Assembly (NCBI RefSeq): GCF_902713615.1
Contig: NC_052152.1
Coordinates: 15,601,215-15,665,214 of the forward strand
Length of the DNA stretch: 64,000 bases
Source: Scyliorhinus canicula
Taxonomy: Eukaryota
Direction: 5' to 3'
The position numbers and the translations under genes were made by a program. Positions 47,459 through 60,900 of the stretch are shown one piece after another; position 1 is the first letter of the stretch; the number at the start of each line of letters is the position of its first letter. The notes beneath the pieces are model-generated. The model was not told where the DNA came from. It searched no databases and saw only the letters and a list, made by a program, of their open reading frames with translations.

Positions 47459-47898
47459 TGGATCACCACATTCTAATTCTGTATCGTCAAATCCGAATGA
47501 CTGAACACCACCCTATGAAACCAATAGCCAAGAACAGATTTTTCATTGTCTAAAAGATTGGGGCTGGTTTTGGTGTTTTATTGACAAATTTACTGAATTA
47601 TGTATCATGACATCAGTTGCAGGGTCACATTCAGGAAATTGGTTAACCATTCTTGACCAGCAGCAATCTGGGGAACTTGAGATCACGTCCCACACCACTC
47701 CGCTTGAGAATTCAAATTCAGTTCAAAATATTTGAAAATAAAAAGTGCGGCATCAGTAAAACTGATGATGATGCTGTTGGATTGTCAGAAGCTCAGCTGA
47801 TGTCCTTTCGGATGGAAGCTGTAAAACCTGGCTTGTTTTATTTGTTCCCGGGACGTGGGCTTCACTGGTTAGGCCAGCATCTATTGCCCTTCCCTAGT

Positions 47899-48162
47899 TG
47901 GGTTCGATTCGCTGCTTGGGTCACTGTGCGGAATTTGCACATTCTCCCCGTGTCTACGTGGGTTTCCTCCGGGCGCTCCGGTTTCCTCCCACAAATCCCG
48001 AAAGACGTGCTGTTCAATGAATTGGACATTCTGAATTTTCCCTCTGTGTACCCGAACAGGCGCTGGAGTGTGGTGACTGGGGGATTTTCACAGTACGTCT
48101 TTGCAGTGTTAATGCAAGCCCACTTGTGACACTAATAAGGATTTTTTTATTATTATTATTAT
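47899..48162 (+). mobile_element. SINE type B, 5'-truncated
   Basis: Matches 13813-14101. Confidence 0.82.
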
Positions 48163-48313
48163 AGAATTCTTAGGTGGCTTGATGGAGAGTGGATGGTTCC
48201 CTTTGTGGGAGAGTCCAGGACAGAGGGCATAATCTCAGAGAAAGGGATAGCCCATGACTTGATTGGATTGGCTGTGACTTTGGATATTAGAAGTTTCATA
48301 ACTCAGATCATCC

Positions 48314-48447
48314 ATAAGATTCATAGAATTTACAGTGCAGAAGGAGGCCATTCGGCCCATCGGGTCTGCACCGGCTCTTGGAAAGAGCACTCTACTTAAG
48401 CCCATGCCTCCACCCTCTCCCTGTAACCCAGTAACTCCACCTAATCC
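48314..48447 (-). mobile_element. HE1-type SINE 3' fragment
   Basis: CATAGAATTTACAGTGCAGAAGGAGGCCATTCGGCCC. Confidence 0.82.
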
Positions 48448-48764
48448 AGTTCCCTGCTTGCAGGAGGAATGTTGGCAGAGATGATGAGGCAAGTGAGGAT
48501 GGGCCGGGAGAGAAGGAGGGGACTGATCTGTTAGTAGTCCCACTGAACATTGTCTGTCGGAGGACCTATGGAGTTGATAATGCCAGTCCATCTTGGTTCA
48601 TGGAGGACAGGCCATGCACAAAATCCACCTGAGTCCGCTGTCACTGAAGAAAGGCTATTTTAGGTGTGGTGAAGCAGGGCTGATGGGAGCCTCGAAACTT
48701 CCCAATGAGATTGGGGGTGCACGGGGCTGTTAATAGAGAAAAAAATAAACAAGATGATACATGT

Positions 48765-49066
48765 GGCTTCACAGCGCCAGGGTCCCAGGTTTGATTTCTC
48801 GCTGGGTCACTGTCTGTGTGGAGCCGACACGTTCTCCCTGTGTCTGTGTGGGTTTCCTCCGGGTGCTCCGGTTTCCTCCCACAGTCCAAAGACGTGCAGG
48901 TTAGGTGGATTGGCCGTGATAAATTGCCCTTAGTGACCAAAAAAGGTTAGGAGAGGTTATTGGGTTACGGGATAGGGTGGAAGTGAGGGCTTAAGTGGGT
49001 CGGTGCAGACTCGATGGACCAAATGGCCTCCTTCTTCACTGTATGTTCTGTGTTCTACGTTCTATG
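48765..49066 (+). mobile_element. HE1-type V-SINE
   Basis: V core and a (TTCTATG)-type tail. Confidence 0.88.
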
Positions 49067-49085
49067 TTAAAGATAGACAAGTGGC

Positions 49086-50264
49086 GGACTTCCGGTGACG
49101 GCGCTCGGGAGGCGGCCGCGTAACGGAGGGCTCCCGATCGGGAACGGCATTTTCAGGGCTTTAGGCCCGATCCCAGGGTCCACGGAGGCGTCACAGGCAG
49201 GGAGAAGGCACGGAGAAGGCACAGTAGAAGAAGATGTCCAGGATCAGCAAGAAAACGGCCGGTAAAAGAACAGCTGAGGGCCCGTCGGGGAGTGGAGAGG
49301 TCACCACGGGGTCACCGGGGAAAAAGGAGACTGGAGCACCAGGGGAGGCCGCATTGCTGAAGGCTGAAGAAATAACTAAGGTGATGGCTGCAGAATTCGA
49401 AAGGCAGTTTACAAAACACCTGGAGGCGATGAGGAAGAAAATGAGGGAGGTTTTGAGTGTGCTGGTGGAGGAGGCGATTTCCCAGGTGACGACGGCTGTG
49501 GCGAGTGCAGTGGCGGAGGTGCGGGCGCAAGGGGAGGCGCTGAAGGAAGTGGAGTAGACGGTGGCGCAGCACGGTGATCAACTTACCTCGATGGGGAAGG
49601 AGATGCGGAAGGCGATGGAGGTGAACAACGATCTGCGAGGCAAATTGGAAGACCTGGAAAACAGGACCAGGCGTCAGAATTTGAGGATTGTGGGGCTGCC
49701 CGAAGGAGTTGAAGGGCCGAGGCCGACGGAGTATTTTGCCGCTATGCTGGCGAAACTATTGGGAGAGGGGGAGAATCCCTCCCGATATGAACTGGATCGG
49801 GCTCATCGGTTGTGGAGGCCTGTACCAAAGGCGAGTGAGCCGCCAAGGGTAGTGACTCTGTGCTTCTGTAGGTACAGTGTGAAGGAGAAGGTCCTGTGCT
49901 GGGTCAAGCAGAAGCGGGTGGTGCAGTGGGCTGGAGCTGGTATACATGTATACCAAGACTTTACGGTGGAGCTGGCGAGGAGGCGGGCTGCTTTCAACCG
50001 GGTGAAGAGGGCACTGTACATTAGCAAGGTGGGGAGGGCGGCCACCGCGCATGCGCTGGTTGGCACCGGCCCAACTGCGCATGCGCGGGACCCGAGTCTC
50101 TGGCGCCCCCTAACACATGGCGCCCCGGGCGACTGCCCAAGTTGCCGGTACCTTGGGCCAGCCCTGGTTAAGGGGATTGACTTTGTATTTGTTACCGTTT
50201 ACTGTTTGGGGGTGGGGGATTTTGGAGGAAAATGTGAAAATGGAGAATAAAAACTTCTAAAAAA
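49086..50264 (+). mobile_element. L1-clade element with 5'UTR + ORF1 + 3' end but no ORF2
   Basis: GGACTTCCGG start; ORF1 LEDLENRTRRQNLRIVGLPEG, LDRAHR, YQDF..ELARRR (one in-frame TAG at 49555); AATAAA and A tail; 17 bp TSD AAAGATAGACAAG(T/G)GGC at 49069-49085 and 50265-50281. Confidence 0.9.
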
Positions 50265-50601
50265 AAAGATAGACAAGGGGCAGAGCTTTGAAAATAAGAT
50301 GAGTGGGATAATTGATGGTGATGTGAGATGAATGTTGAGACAAACAATGAAAGAACAATATTGTTAGTCACACGGGAAAGACTGCCAGTAAGAGAAGTAG
50401 CTATCAGGAAAGCAATGTTTTTCTTCTGTTTAACATCCTAAAGCTACCTGTGGCATTCTAATATGAAAAATGTTTTAATTCTAACAATGATTCAGACTGT
50501 TCCCCTATGTAAGGACCAGTTGCTGTAAAATGATTATTTATAAGCCTGCACTTTGTAACAAACTCCTGCTGCACATAACCACCAAATTATTGATGATTTA
50601 C

Positions 50602-51693
50602 CACACACACACACACACACATAGAACACAAATACACTACACACACAGCCACAAACACACACAACACACTCAGACACACACAGAATACAAATACACTACA
50701 CACACAGACGCAACATACATAGACACATACAGAACACAAATGCACCACACACATAGAATACACGCACACATAAACATAGAACACAAGCACACTACACATA
50801 ACACACACACAGAACACACATGCACAAATACACATAGATGACACGCACACACACACTCTACACTCACACACAAACACACTACTCACATACACAAACACAC
50901 TACTCACACTCACATAAACACACATACATGCACAAACTCACACACTCACACACAAACACACTACTCACATATACAAACACACTACTCACACAAACACACA
51001 CACATGCACAAACTCACACACTCACACAAACACACACACACACAGTCACACACTGTGGCTACCAGGACAGGCCTAAGACTAGGAATACTACGGTTAGTAA
51101 CTCACCTCCTGACCCCCCCAAAAGTCTGTCCACCACCTACAAGGTACAAGTCAGGAGTGTAATAGAATACTGTCCGATTGCCTGGATGAGTGCAGCTCCA
51201 ACAGCATTCAACAAGCTCGACATCACCCAGGACAAAACAGCCCGCTTGACTGCTCCCCCTTCCATAAACATTGAAACCCTCCTCCACCGACGAACAGTGC
51301 CAGCCATGTGTACCATCTATAAGATGCACTGCAGTATCTCACCAAGGCTCCTTAGACAGCACCTCCCAAACCCAAGACCACTACCATCTCGAAGGACAAG
51401 AGCAGCAGATACCTGGGAACCCCACCACCTGGAGCTTCCCCTCCAAGCCACTCACCACCCTGACTTGGAAATATATCGCCATTCCTTCACTGTTGCTGTG
51501 GCAACATCCTGGAACTCCCTCCCTAACAGCACAGTGGGTGTACTTACACCTCAAGGACTGCAGCAGTTTAAGAAGGCAGCTCACCACCATCTTCTGATGG
51601 GCAACTCGGCATGGGCATTAAATGCCGGCCGAACCAACGATGCCCACATCTTGTAAAAGAAAAAAAATTACTGATACACACACACACATGTAC

Positions 51694-51724
<31 letters not shown>

Positions 51725-52215
51725 TTTACTCAAACACACACACAGACACACACTCATTCACTCACATTCACACAGACGATACTCACACTCACTCACACAC
51801 ACTACACACACACATTCACACCATACTCACACACACTCATATACACGACACATACTCACAAATACACACACTACACTTACACACCACTCACACACATGCA
51901 CACACAAACACATGCACACACATGTACACACACATGTACACACACACACACAATATGCTCACAAACATATACACACACACAGATTCACACATATGCACAC
52001 ACAAACACACATCACAGACACACTGCATTCACACAGATGCACACACACACAGACATGTACACACACTTACATGCACGCACACAGATGCACACACTCACAT
52101 GCACACACACACACGCATGTACACACACATACTCCACACACATACAGACACACACACTCACATGCACACACACACACTCACATGCAGACACTCACATGCA
52201 CACACACACACTTAC
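50602..52215. repeat. Degenerate (CA)n low-complexity tract split by a LINE fragment
   Basis: CA-rich 50602-51052 and 51675-52215. Confidence 0.95.
51053..51668 (+). mobile_element. CR1-group (second family) LINE 3' fragment
   Basis: STTYKVQVRSVIEYCPIAWMSAA..LDITQDK..WNSLPN; homologous to 8541-8870 and 11700-12420. Confidence 0.85.
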
Positions 52216-52300
52216 ATGCTGTTGTTGAAAACTCACCACTATTCTTAGAATTCCCCCTATACCAAAAAGTGCCAACATTCTAAATGGTGAACAGGGTTTC

Positions 52301-54015
52301 TGTGCCGGCTTCAGTGGGTGCTATTCAGGTCAAACTATATTTTCAAGTTATCCTCCGGTATAATCCATACCACGGCAGCATGGTAGCATTGTGGGTAGCA
52401 CAATTGCTTCACAGCTCCAGGGTCCCAGGTTCGATTCCAACTTTGGTCACTGTCTCTGCGGAGTCTGCACATCCTCCCTGTGTGTGCGTGGGTTTCCTCT
52501 GGGTGCTTTGGTTTCTTCCCACAGTCCAAAGATGTGCAGGTTAGGTGGATTGGCCATGGTAAATTGCCCTTAGTGTCCAAAATTGCCATTAGTGTTGGGT
52601 GGGGTTACTGGGTTGTGGGGATAGGGTGGAGGTGTTGACCTCGGGTGGGGTGCTCTTTCCAAGAGCCAGTGCAGACTCGATGGGCCGAATGGCCTCCTTC
52701 TGCATTGTAAATTTAATGATAATCCACGATACCTTCACCAAAGATTTCATCTACTTACCACTTAGTAGCATCGATCCTGGGTCCTGCATTGCTAAGTAAG
52801 TAAAGTAGACTTAGGAATAACCACTATTTCAGGTTAAATTAAGTTATTTTATTATTATATTTTTTATTTTAAAAGCTGCAACCACTTTCTTTACAGATAG
52901 GTAAAAAGATCTTGCTTCTGGATCCTTCTGGTTGGTTGAAGGGACCTTCAGGCCCACATGACAATCAATCTTTTAAAAATTTGGTCTTCTTTAGATGTAT
53001 TCGCTGGTGAGCTCGGTTGCTATGTCCTATCTTTCCCATGTACCGAGCTGTAGGAGCTGGCTCTGCTGGCTGTCTGTGAGCTGACTCTGAGCTGACTCTG
53101 CCTCCTCTTTAAATTCTAGTCGTCCTTAAATGTATTAGCTGTTTTAGCTCGGTTGCCATGTCTTATCTTTCCCATGACCGAGCTGACTGTGAGCTGACTC
53201 TGCTTGCTTCTCTTGTTCCTCCTCTGTTTCTCTCCTCTCTCTGAGTTCTGGTAGTTCCTGCTCTGGTCTCTGGGTTTATATTCTCTTTCTAACAGTTATT
53301 AAGTTTTTATGACTTTATGTTAAAATAACTTTTATTTCACTTTGATTGTAAAAAGAATCTTATCTAAACATTCTAATACAACGAAGTATTCATTTTGACA
53401 TGACCTCACCCCTCAGGTCTCTGATTACATTGTTTCCTTTGTGATGTTCAAAGTGCTTTGATTTCAAAGGGGTGTTACTTTTAATTCCTGTCATTTCTAT
53501 AGTTTTATTTTCCAATTGTGTCCCCAGCTCATAATTTTGACTTTGATTTTGGGTCTAAATTATGTTTCTCGTAGACTGATAGTCTCCAATTTTCTTTTAA
53601 TTTACTTGGTGTTCGCAGAATTTCACACCTAGAATTGTCACCGAATTCAACAGAACCTCCTCCTTTCCATTTCAGCTGCTTACTAAGATAGTTAATTTCA
53701 ATGAAGGTGTGAAACATTGCTTTTAGCTGTATGCTAAAAATTCACTTAGTTATAAATTGAAAGGTTTACGTTTATCACTTAACTCAACTGAAACTCTCAT
53801 CCATGCTTTTCCAGATGCTTACTAAAATAGTTAATTTCAATGAAGGTGTGAACCATTGTTTTTAGCTTCATACAAAATTCCTGTTTGGGAGAAGGAATCT
53901 GCATTTTGTAATCCTGCTCTTTGCAGCTGCTATTAACCCTTTGTGGGATCTTTCCCTGTATCCTCTCATGTTTCTCTCAGACCAGATATTGCCAACTTCC
54001 ATGTTTCAAATGACA
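52301..54015 (-). mobile_element. Possible solo LTR with internal direct repeats
   Basis: TG..CA ends; minus-strand TATAAA (~53275) and AATAAA (~52848); direct repeats ~53010-53100/53145-53200 and ~53675-53730/53815-53868; no TSD seen. Confidence 0.3.
52373..52720 (+). mobile_element. HE1-type V-SINE
   Basis: Full length; flanking TAATCCA repeat. Confidence 0.9.
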
Positions 54016-54017
54016 CA

Positions 54018-54359
54018 GGTAGCCTTGTGGATAGCACAATTGCTTCACAGCTCCAGAGACCCAGGTTCGATACCGGCTTGGGTCACTGTCTGTGTGGAGT
54101 CTGCACATCCTCCCTGTGTGTGCGTGGGTTTCCTCCGGGTGCTCCGGTTTCCTCCCACAGTCCAAAGATGTGCAGGTTAGGTTGGCCATGATAAATTGCC
54201 CTTAGTGTCCAAAATTGCCCTTAGTGTTGGGTGGGGTTACTGGGTTATGGGGATAAGGTGGAGGTGTTGACCTTGGGTAGGGTGCTCTTTCCAAGAGCCG
54301 GTGCAGACTCGATGGGCCGAGTGGCCTCCTTCTGAACTGCAAATTCTATGAATTCTATG
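54018..54359 (+). mobile_element. HE1-type V-SINE
   Basis: Near full length with an ATTCTATG tail. Confidence 0.9.
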
Positions 54360-54526
54360 ATATTTTCAATTCCAATGCACACACAGCAACACACACACAC
54401 TTGCACACACACACACTCACACACACAGACACACACTCGTGCACACGCACACACTCACTCACACACACATGCACACACATTCACACATACACACACACAT
54501 ATAAACACACACTCGCGCACACACAC

Positions 54527-54681
54527 NNNNNNNNNNNNNNNNNNNNNNNNNNNNNNNNNNNNNNNNNNNNNNNNNNNNNNNNNNNNNNNNNNNNNNNNNN
54601 NNNNNNNNNNNNNNNNNNNNNNNNNNNNNNNNNNNNNNNNNNNNNNNNNNNNNNNNNNNNNNNNNNNNNNNNNNNNNNNNN
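54527..54681. other. Assembly gap (155 N) following a (CA)n tract (54377-54526)
   Basis: N run. Confidence 1.
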
Positions 54682-54908
54682 GCCCGGAGAAGGGAGCCAC
54701 TGCGCATGCGCGCGTTGGTGCCGGTGCCACTGCACATGCACGGACCTTGCGGCGCCCAGTTTACGCCAGGATTAGCAGCTGGAGCAGCGTGCTGGTCCCC
54801 TGTAGGGGCCAGAATTGCTGATCCTGAGGCCGTGTTGATGCCGTCGAGAAATGCAATTGCGTTTCCGATGGTGCCAACACTTAGCCTCAGGATCAGAGAA
54901 TCCCACCC
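54682..54908. mobile_element. Right end of a Harbinger-type MITE
   Basis: GC-rich, ends GAGAATCCCACCC, similar to GGAGAATCGCGCCC. Confidence 0.55.
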
Positions 54909-55964
54909 ATAAAGACACCAGAGTTACAGAGTTATGTGCTTGTGTCTGTGTGGCTGCTGAAAGTAAAATTGAAACTAAAAATAGATCGCAGGACACAGTT
55001 TCTTTCTAGTGATGTCATGGTGTAATCCCTGACAGACATACAAAGCAGGAGCAGAAGCAAGCCATTCAGCCCATCGAGCCTGCTTCACTATTCAATAAGA
55101 TCATGATTGATCTGTTTGTGTTTTGAGTTCTACTTTCCCCATCTACTTCTGATAGCCTCCAATGTATTTACATCCTTCCATAAATAAGGAGACCAAAACT
55201 GCACACGGCATTCGAGATGTGGTCTCACCAATGCCCTGTATAACTGAAGCGTAACATCCTTATTTTTACCTTCAATTCATTTCATAATAAAGACAAATCA
55301 CAACACACCTGGCACTACAAACCTTTTAAGCAAGTAACAACTGCTGTATCTGTGGGCTATGAATGTCCTTACAATATAAAATAATATGATGCCAGCCAAC
55401 TTAAATGTCTAGGCAGCTTTCCCATCATATAATACATGATGTGCAATGTGAGTGGCAAGGTTACAAGGATGTGCAGAAAGATGTCTTACCAGGGAGAATG
55501 TGTGTGGGGCTCAGGACCAGTGCTAAGTGTTTCTGGACATGCATTTCAAATGGATGCTGAGCATTTGGAGTGCTGTTTAGACATTGCAAGTGGATTAAGA
55601 GGCTTGCCACTCATTTTAATCGAACCTGGAGCATTCACGAACTCTGTACAAGGTAGCGCAGGGCTTTGGCACCTGATTCACTGCAAAAATTTCCATCACA
55701 TTATTGACCTCATGGTCTCTCAGCTTCTTCGGTCACTTGGTTTATGCTGCAGCTTGTATTGTGTTGAAACTGCAATGCTTCTGTGTCTGGCTCAGTGAGA
55801 GGTCTTTATTGAACTCATTGTAAATTGGCCAAGATCCCCTCATGGCAGAGGTTACAGGACTACAGCAAGCAAGATAGGACATGTAGTACCGATACATTCA
55901 AAACTCTAGCACAGCTGATTGCTGAACATAATGCATGTATTTTTTTTCTTCGTTCAAGTGCCAT

Positions 55965-57150
55965 ACGACCATAAGACATAGGAGCAGAATTGCACACTTG
56001 GCCCATCGGGTCTGCTCCGTCATTCAAACATGGCTGATATCTTTTTCATCCCCATTCTCCTGCCTTCTCCCCATAACCCCTGATTAATCAAGAACAAATC
56101 TATCTCTGTCTTAAAGACACTGAGTGATTTGGCCACCACAGCCTTCTGTGGCAAAGCGTTCCACAGATTTACCACCCTCTGGCTGAAGAAATTTCTCCTC
56201 ATCTCTGTTCCAAAGGTTTTTAGTCTGAGATTGTGTCCTCTGGTTCTGGTTTTTCCTACAAGTGGAAAAATCCTCTCCATGTCCATTCTATCCAGGCCAT
56301 GCAGTATCCTGTAAGTTTCAATAAGATCCTCCCTCATCCTTCTAAACTCCAATGAGTACAGACCCAGAGTCCTCAACCGTTCCTCATATGACAAGCTCTT
56401 CATTCCAGGGATCATTTTTGTGAACCTCCTCTGGACCGTTTCCAAGGCCAGCACATCCTTCCTTAGATACAGGGCCCAAAACTTCTCACAATACTTTAAA
56501 TGGGGTCTGACCAGAGCCTTATACAGCTTCGGAAGTACATCCCTGCTCTTGAATTCTAGCCCTCTCGACATGAATGCTAACATTGCATTTGCCTTCCTTT
56601 TAAAAAAAATTTGGAGCACCCAATTATTTTTTTTCCCAATTAAGGGGAAATTTAGCGTGGCCAATCCACCTAACCTGCACATCTTTTGGGTTGTGGGGGT
56701 GAAACATGTAAACTCCACACGGACAGTGACCCAGGGATTTGAACCGGGTCCACAGCGCCGCAGTCTCAGTGCTAACCACTGTGTCACCGTGCTGTCCAAC
56801 TGCATTTGCCTTCCTATCTGCCGACAACCTGCACGCTAACCTTATCAGAATCATGAACAAGGACTCCCAAGTCCTTTTATGCTTCTGATTTCCAAAGTGC
56901 ATAACCTCTACACTTTTCCACATTGTATTCCATCTGCCACTTCTTTTCCCACTCTCCTAGCCTGTCCAAGTCCTTCTGCAGCACCCCTGCTTCCTCAACA
57001 CTACTTGTCCCTCTGCAAATCTTTGTATCATCTGGCATCCTACTAGTGTCTTCCACCGTGAAGAGTGATGCAAAGTACCTCTTCAATTCCTCTGCCATTT
57101 CTTTGTTTCCTATTACTACTTCTCCAGCCTCATATTCCAGTGGTCCAATG
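55965..57150 (-). mobile_element. CR1 LINE 3' part with internal deletions
   Basis: LYKALVRPHLKYC..QRRFTKMIPG..FFSQRVVNLWNALP; LQKDLDRLGEW; (CTTATG)n tail. Confidence 0.9.
56599..56797 (-). mobile_element. SINE type D, nested in CR1
   Basis: 15 bp TSD TGCATTTGCCTTCCT at 56584-56598 and 56801-56815; same tail as 10258-10466. Confidence 0.85.
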
Positions 57151-57623
57151 GACATGGGAGACACAGGTTGGGCCATCATTTATTGCCCATCCCATAAGAG
57201 TGAACCAGATTGTTGTGGACATTGTCATATGTCGGCCAGACCAGGTCAGGGTGGCAGATTTCCTTCCCTAAAGAGCATTAGTGAACCAGAAGGGTTTTTA
57301 CAACAGTCATCAATGGTTTCATGATCATCATTAGACTTTTAAGTCCAAATGTTTATTAAATTCACCATCTGTAGCGGCGGGATTTGAATATGGGTCCCCA
57401 GAGCATTACTCTAGGCCTCTGGTTTACTAGACCAGTGAAAGTACCACTGTGCCACCTACCCCAGTCCTACTCTGTTCTCTTTTATACAAATGGATTTCTC
57501 CAATTATTAGCCAAATTCTGTTACTATTTTGTTGGATTCCACTCCACAGTTATTAATTTTCTTCAACATCTTGTCATCTCATGATCAAACTGTTACAACA
57601 ACTTGCTTTGATTTAAAATGTAG

Positions 57624-57905
57624 TGGGCAGCACGGTAGCACAGTGGTTAGCACTATGGCTTCACAGCACCAGGGTCCCAGGTTCAATTCACAGCTTGGGC
57701 CACTGTCTGTGTGGTGTTTATATGTTCTCGCGTCTGCGTGGGTTTCCTCCCACAAGTCCCGAAAGACATGCTATTATGTAATTTAGACATTCTGAATTCT
57801 CCCTCTGTGTACCCGAACATGTGCTAGAGTGTGGCGACTAGGGGCTGTTCACAGTAATTTCATTGCAGTGTTAATTTAAGCCTACTTGTGACAAGAAAGA
57901 TTATA
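57624..57905 (+). mobile_element. SINE type B
   Basis: HE1 head + type-C tail. Confidence 0.85.
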
Positions 57906-57988
57906 TAAAAAAAAACATATTTTTGCCTATTGCACAAATGAGCGATATGGTGTATGAATTTCAGTGCTGGTATAATGCCAGGCCTGTT

Positions 57989-60900
57989 GGACTTCCAGTC
58001 CAGGGGATGTGCTGAGTAGCCATAAATCAGGTGGTTGTCGTCCATAAAACAGAATAATGGGCACTTTTGACCGAATTTAGCCCACAAAAATGGACTAAAA
58101 CAATCCCTCACCCTCAACGACAAGATATAAGCATGCCAGGAAGAAGCAGCTCAAGAGGTCACAGTGACACCAAGAACTGCAGCAAGGGACAAGAGCAGCA
58201 GGCCAGCGGATCAGCAGACCCACGAGGTGAGGGGCCCCAGCCACCCTCGAGAGAGGGAGACAGGAGACCTGAAAAGAGAGCTTTTCACTCCCTCCCTCCC
58301 CCTCCCCATCCCCCAAGGCGATGGATGGAAGATGTTTCTCACCAGGGAACTGAAGGAGATGAGAGATGGCATTAAGGTAGAAATAAAGGCGGCAGTCAAA
58401 GTTGCAGTGTCAGAGGTGCTGGCCACCACGTAGCTGGCTCTCGACAGTATGGGAAGGAGACTGAAGGCACAGGGGAGCACAATAAAGGAGCTGGAGAAAT
58501 CCTCACCAGACCAGAGTGACCGAATCGTCGCCCTGGTGGTCGAAATCAAGAGGTTGGTGGCGACCCAGGGGAGCTTGAAAGGAAAGATGGAGGACCAAGA
58601 AAATCGGTCAAGGCAGCAGAACATTAGAATAGCTGAGCTGCCAGAGGGAATTGAGGGCAGGGATCTGACCGGCAATTTGGCCCAAATGCTGGGTAACCTA
58701 GTGGGGAGGGACAGGTTCCCCAAGCTGCCGGAGATCGACTGGGCTCACAGGTCCCTCTGAGCCAAACCCCAAGGCAGGGGAGCAGCCGAGAGCGGACATA
58801 GACAAATTGCACAAGTGCCAGGACCGGGAAAGGATCCTTCGCTGGGCCAGAGAGACAAAGGCTTTTAACTGGGAGGGACATAAAATCAGAGTCTACCAGG
58901 ACATTGGGGCGGACCTGGTAAAGCGCAGGGCTGAATTTAATGAGGTAAAATCGGCACTGTACAAAAACAAAATTAAACTAGGGATGCTGTACCCAGCCTG
59001 GCTCTGGGTAACATACCAGGGCAAGGAACATTACTTTACTGCCCCTGCAGAAGCAGACTAGCCCGTCCAAAAGAACGGTCTGGACAGACAGCAAGGGAGA
59101 CAGCGATATAGAAGGCACCGAGGAGGCAGAGGAAAACCAATAGACAATCTTGCGCGGGACTGCATCGGCTCATTATGAACAGGGGAACCGGTTCGCAGAA
59201 AGGAGGGGACGAGTGCAGCAGAGCACAGTTTGCAGAAAGGAGGGGGTGAGTGCAGCAGCGCGCAGGAGATGGTGAGGAGGAGATACAGGGGACACCAACA
59301 GGAGGCATAGGAGGGGCTCAGACCGGCCCCAGGAGGTGGGCCACCACACAAGTGGGAAAGCTAGCACCAGGATGTATGAGTGAGGGGGGGGAGGGGGCAT
59401 GATGCATCCTCCATTGGGGAGAGAACATCTGACGGGGGTGGGGGAGGGGACACAACACCAAGGAGGGGAAAACAGAGAGGTAAAGAGAGGGGGGTACGGG
59501 GAGGGGGTGGGGGGGGGGGGGGTGGGGTTGGGGGACAGCAGGAGTGGGGATGAAACAAATCCGTAGAGGGAACAAAATGACAGGGGGGAGGAAGGGCTCA
59601 CCAGCCAAGCAAGATTCTCTAGCGGGCGATTAGAGAAGCAAAAGCAAGGGAATCGGCCCTCTTCTTCATGAATAATTTTGATACCCCAAAGACTGCGACT
59701 CTTGGGCACGGCTCCACCCTCACTTCAGCAGGTCTCTCAGAAATGTGGAACAAGGTGGCACTACAAGAAGTCACTTTGGGGGATTCCTGAACAAAGGGAA
59801 ACCCCGGAGTTCAGGCGCTCACCCACATGGCGTACACACAGTTAGCGTCTAGGTTGTGCAGTCCCTGGACAAAGGGAAACCCCGGAGTGCAGCGGCCAGC
59901 CTCATGGTGAGCAGTGACCATGGCCATTTTGAATGGCTCCATTACAAAGGGAAATCCTGGAGTGCAGGGGCACATCCATAAGGTAAGTATGGTTGATCCT
60001 GCAGGCAGGAGGTGTGGGAGATAAACACTTCCCAGTAGGTGATCGACTCTGTCCAAGAAAGCTTTCCGTTCGATGTATCCTTCTTTTCCTCGGTTATAGA
60101 TTGCAAGTTCGTCGCCAATCCCTTCCTTTTCTTTGAATGCTTCCCAGTCCACCTTTGATTTCTCCAAGGTGCTCATCTTTTGTTTCTTTCCTCCCATCTT
60201 TCCCAGAATGTTACCTATAGCACTTTGTCTCTTTACTCCTGAACCTGTAGGAACTCCCACTTCCACAGTTGCTGGTACTGCTGGTAAATCTTTTTCCTGA
60301 ACTTCATTCTGGTTTTTAAAAAAGATTTTAGCTTCTTTGGAAGCCGCATCCACTTCTTTAGTCACCTTGACTTCTTCTCCAGCAAAATCAAACACCTTTG
60401 TGATTTTGACTTTTCCAGGTGCTTTGGGCTTCTCGGAATCTTTCACTATGTCCGGAGACTTGCTCAACTTCTCTTGATCTACTAATATGTCCTCTTTTCT
60501 GGAAGTTGGAGTAATTGCTACAGGTTTAGGCTTTTGCCCAACATCACTCAGGAAGTTGGCCCAGAGGTCATCAGCTTTCTTCTTTTCTGCAAATCGTCGT
60601 CCACTGTTGTGTGGGCAGTATGGTCACTCTCTCCTTCTTCCACATCATCACGCCGCAAACATAGTCCCCCTGGGTTCCTTTTTTTGGAAGAGATTCCTTT
60701 TCCTGCTTTCTTGAGAGCCTTTTTCTGGCAGTTTGAGCTGGAACGTGACATCCGGCTCAGTAACATGAAGCCGTGACAATCTCTCCGAAGCATGTTGTTT
60801 AATGTAAATGTATATCTGATCAACTCAGCACCAATTACCAGTGCCCCAGGACTGTGACTGTCCCACACGTTCTGTAAGCAATGTCCAGCCTTTCCTGTGG

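Noticed and set aside
50530-52283. Long His/Thr-rich and Cys/Val-rich ORFs
   Set aside because: Translations of degenerate (CA)n/(TG)n tracts plus a LINE fragment.
59811-60467. 218 aa ORF as a functional CFDP1 gene or a CFDP1-LINE endonuclease fusion (as in ruminant BCNT/CFDP2)
   Set aside because: It starts at TTG, has an upstream frameshift, lacks the N-terminus and the last 16 residues, and reads into antisense L1 spacer. The APE remnant is on the other strand, behind the 3'UTR, and is full of stops.
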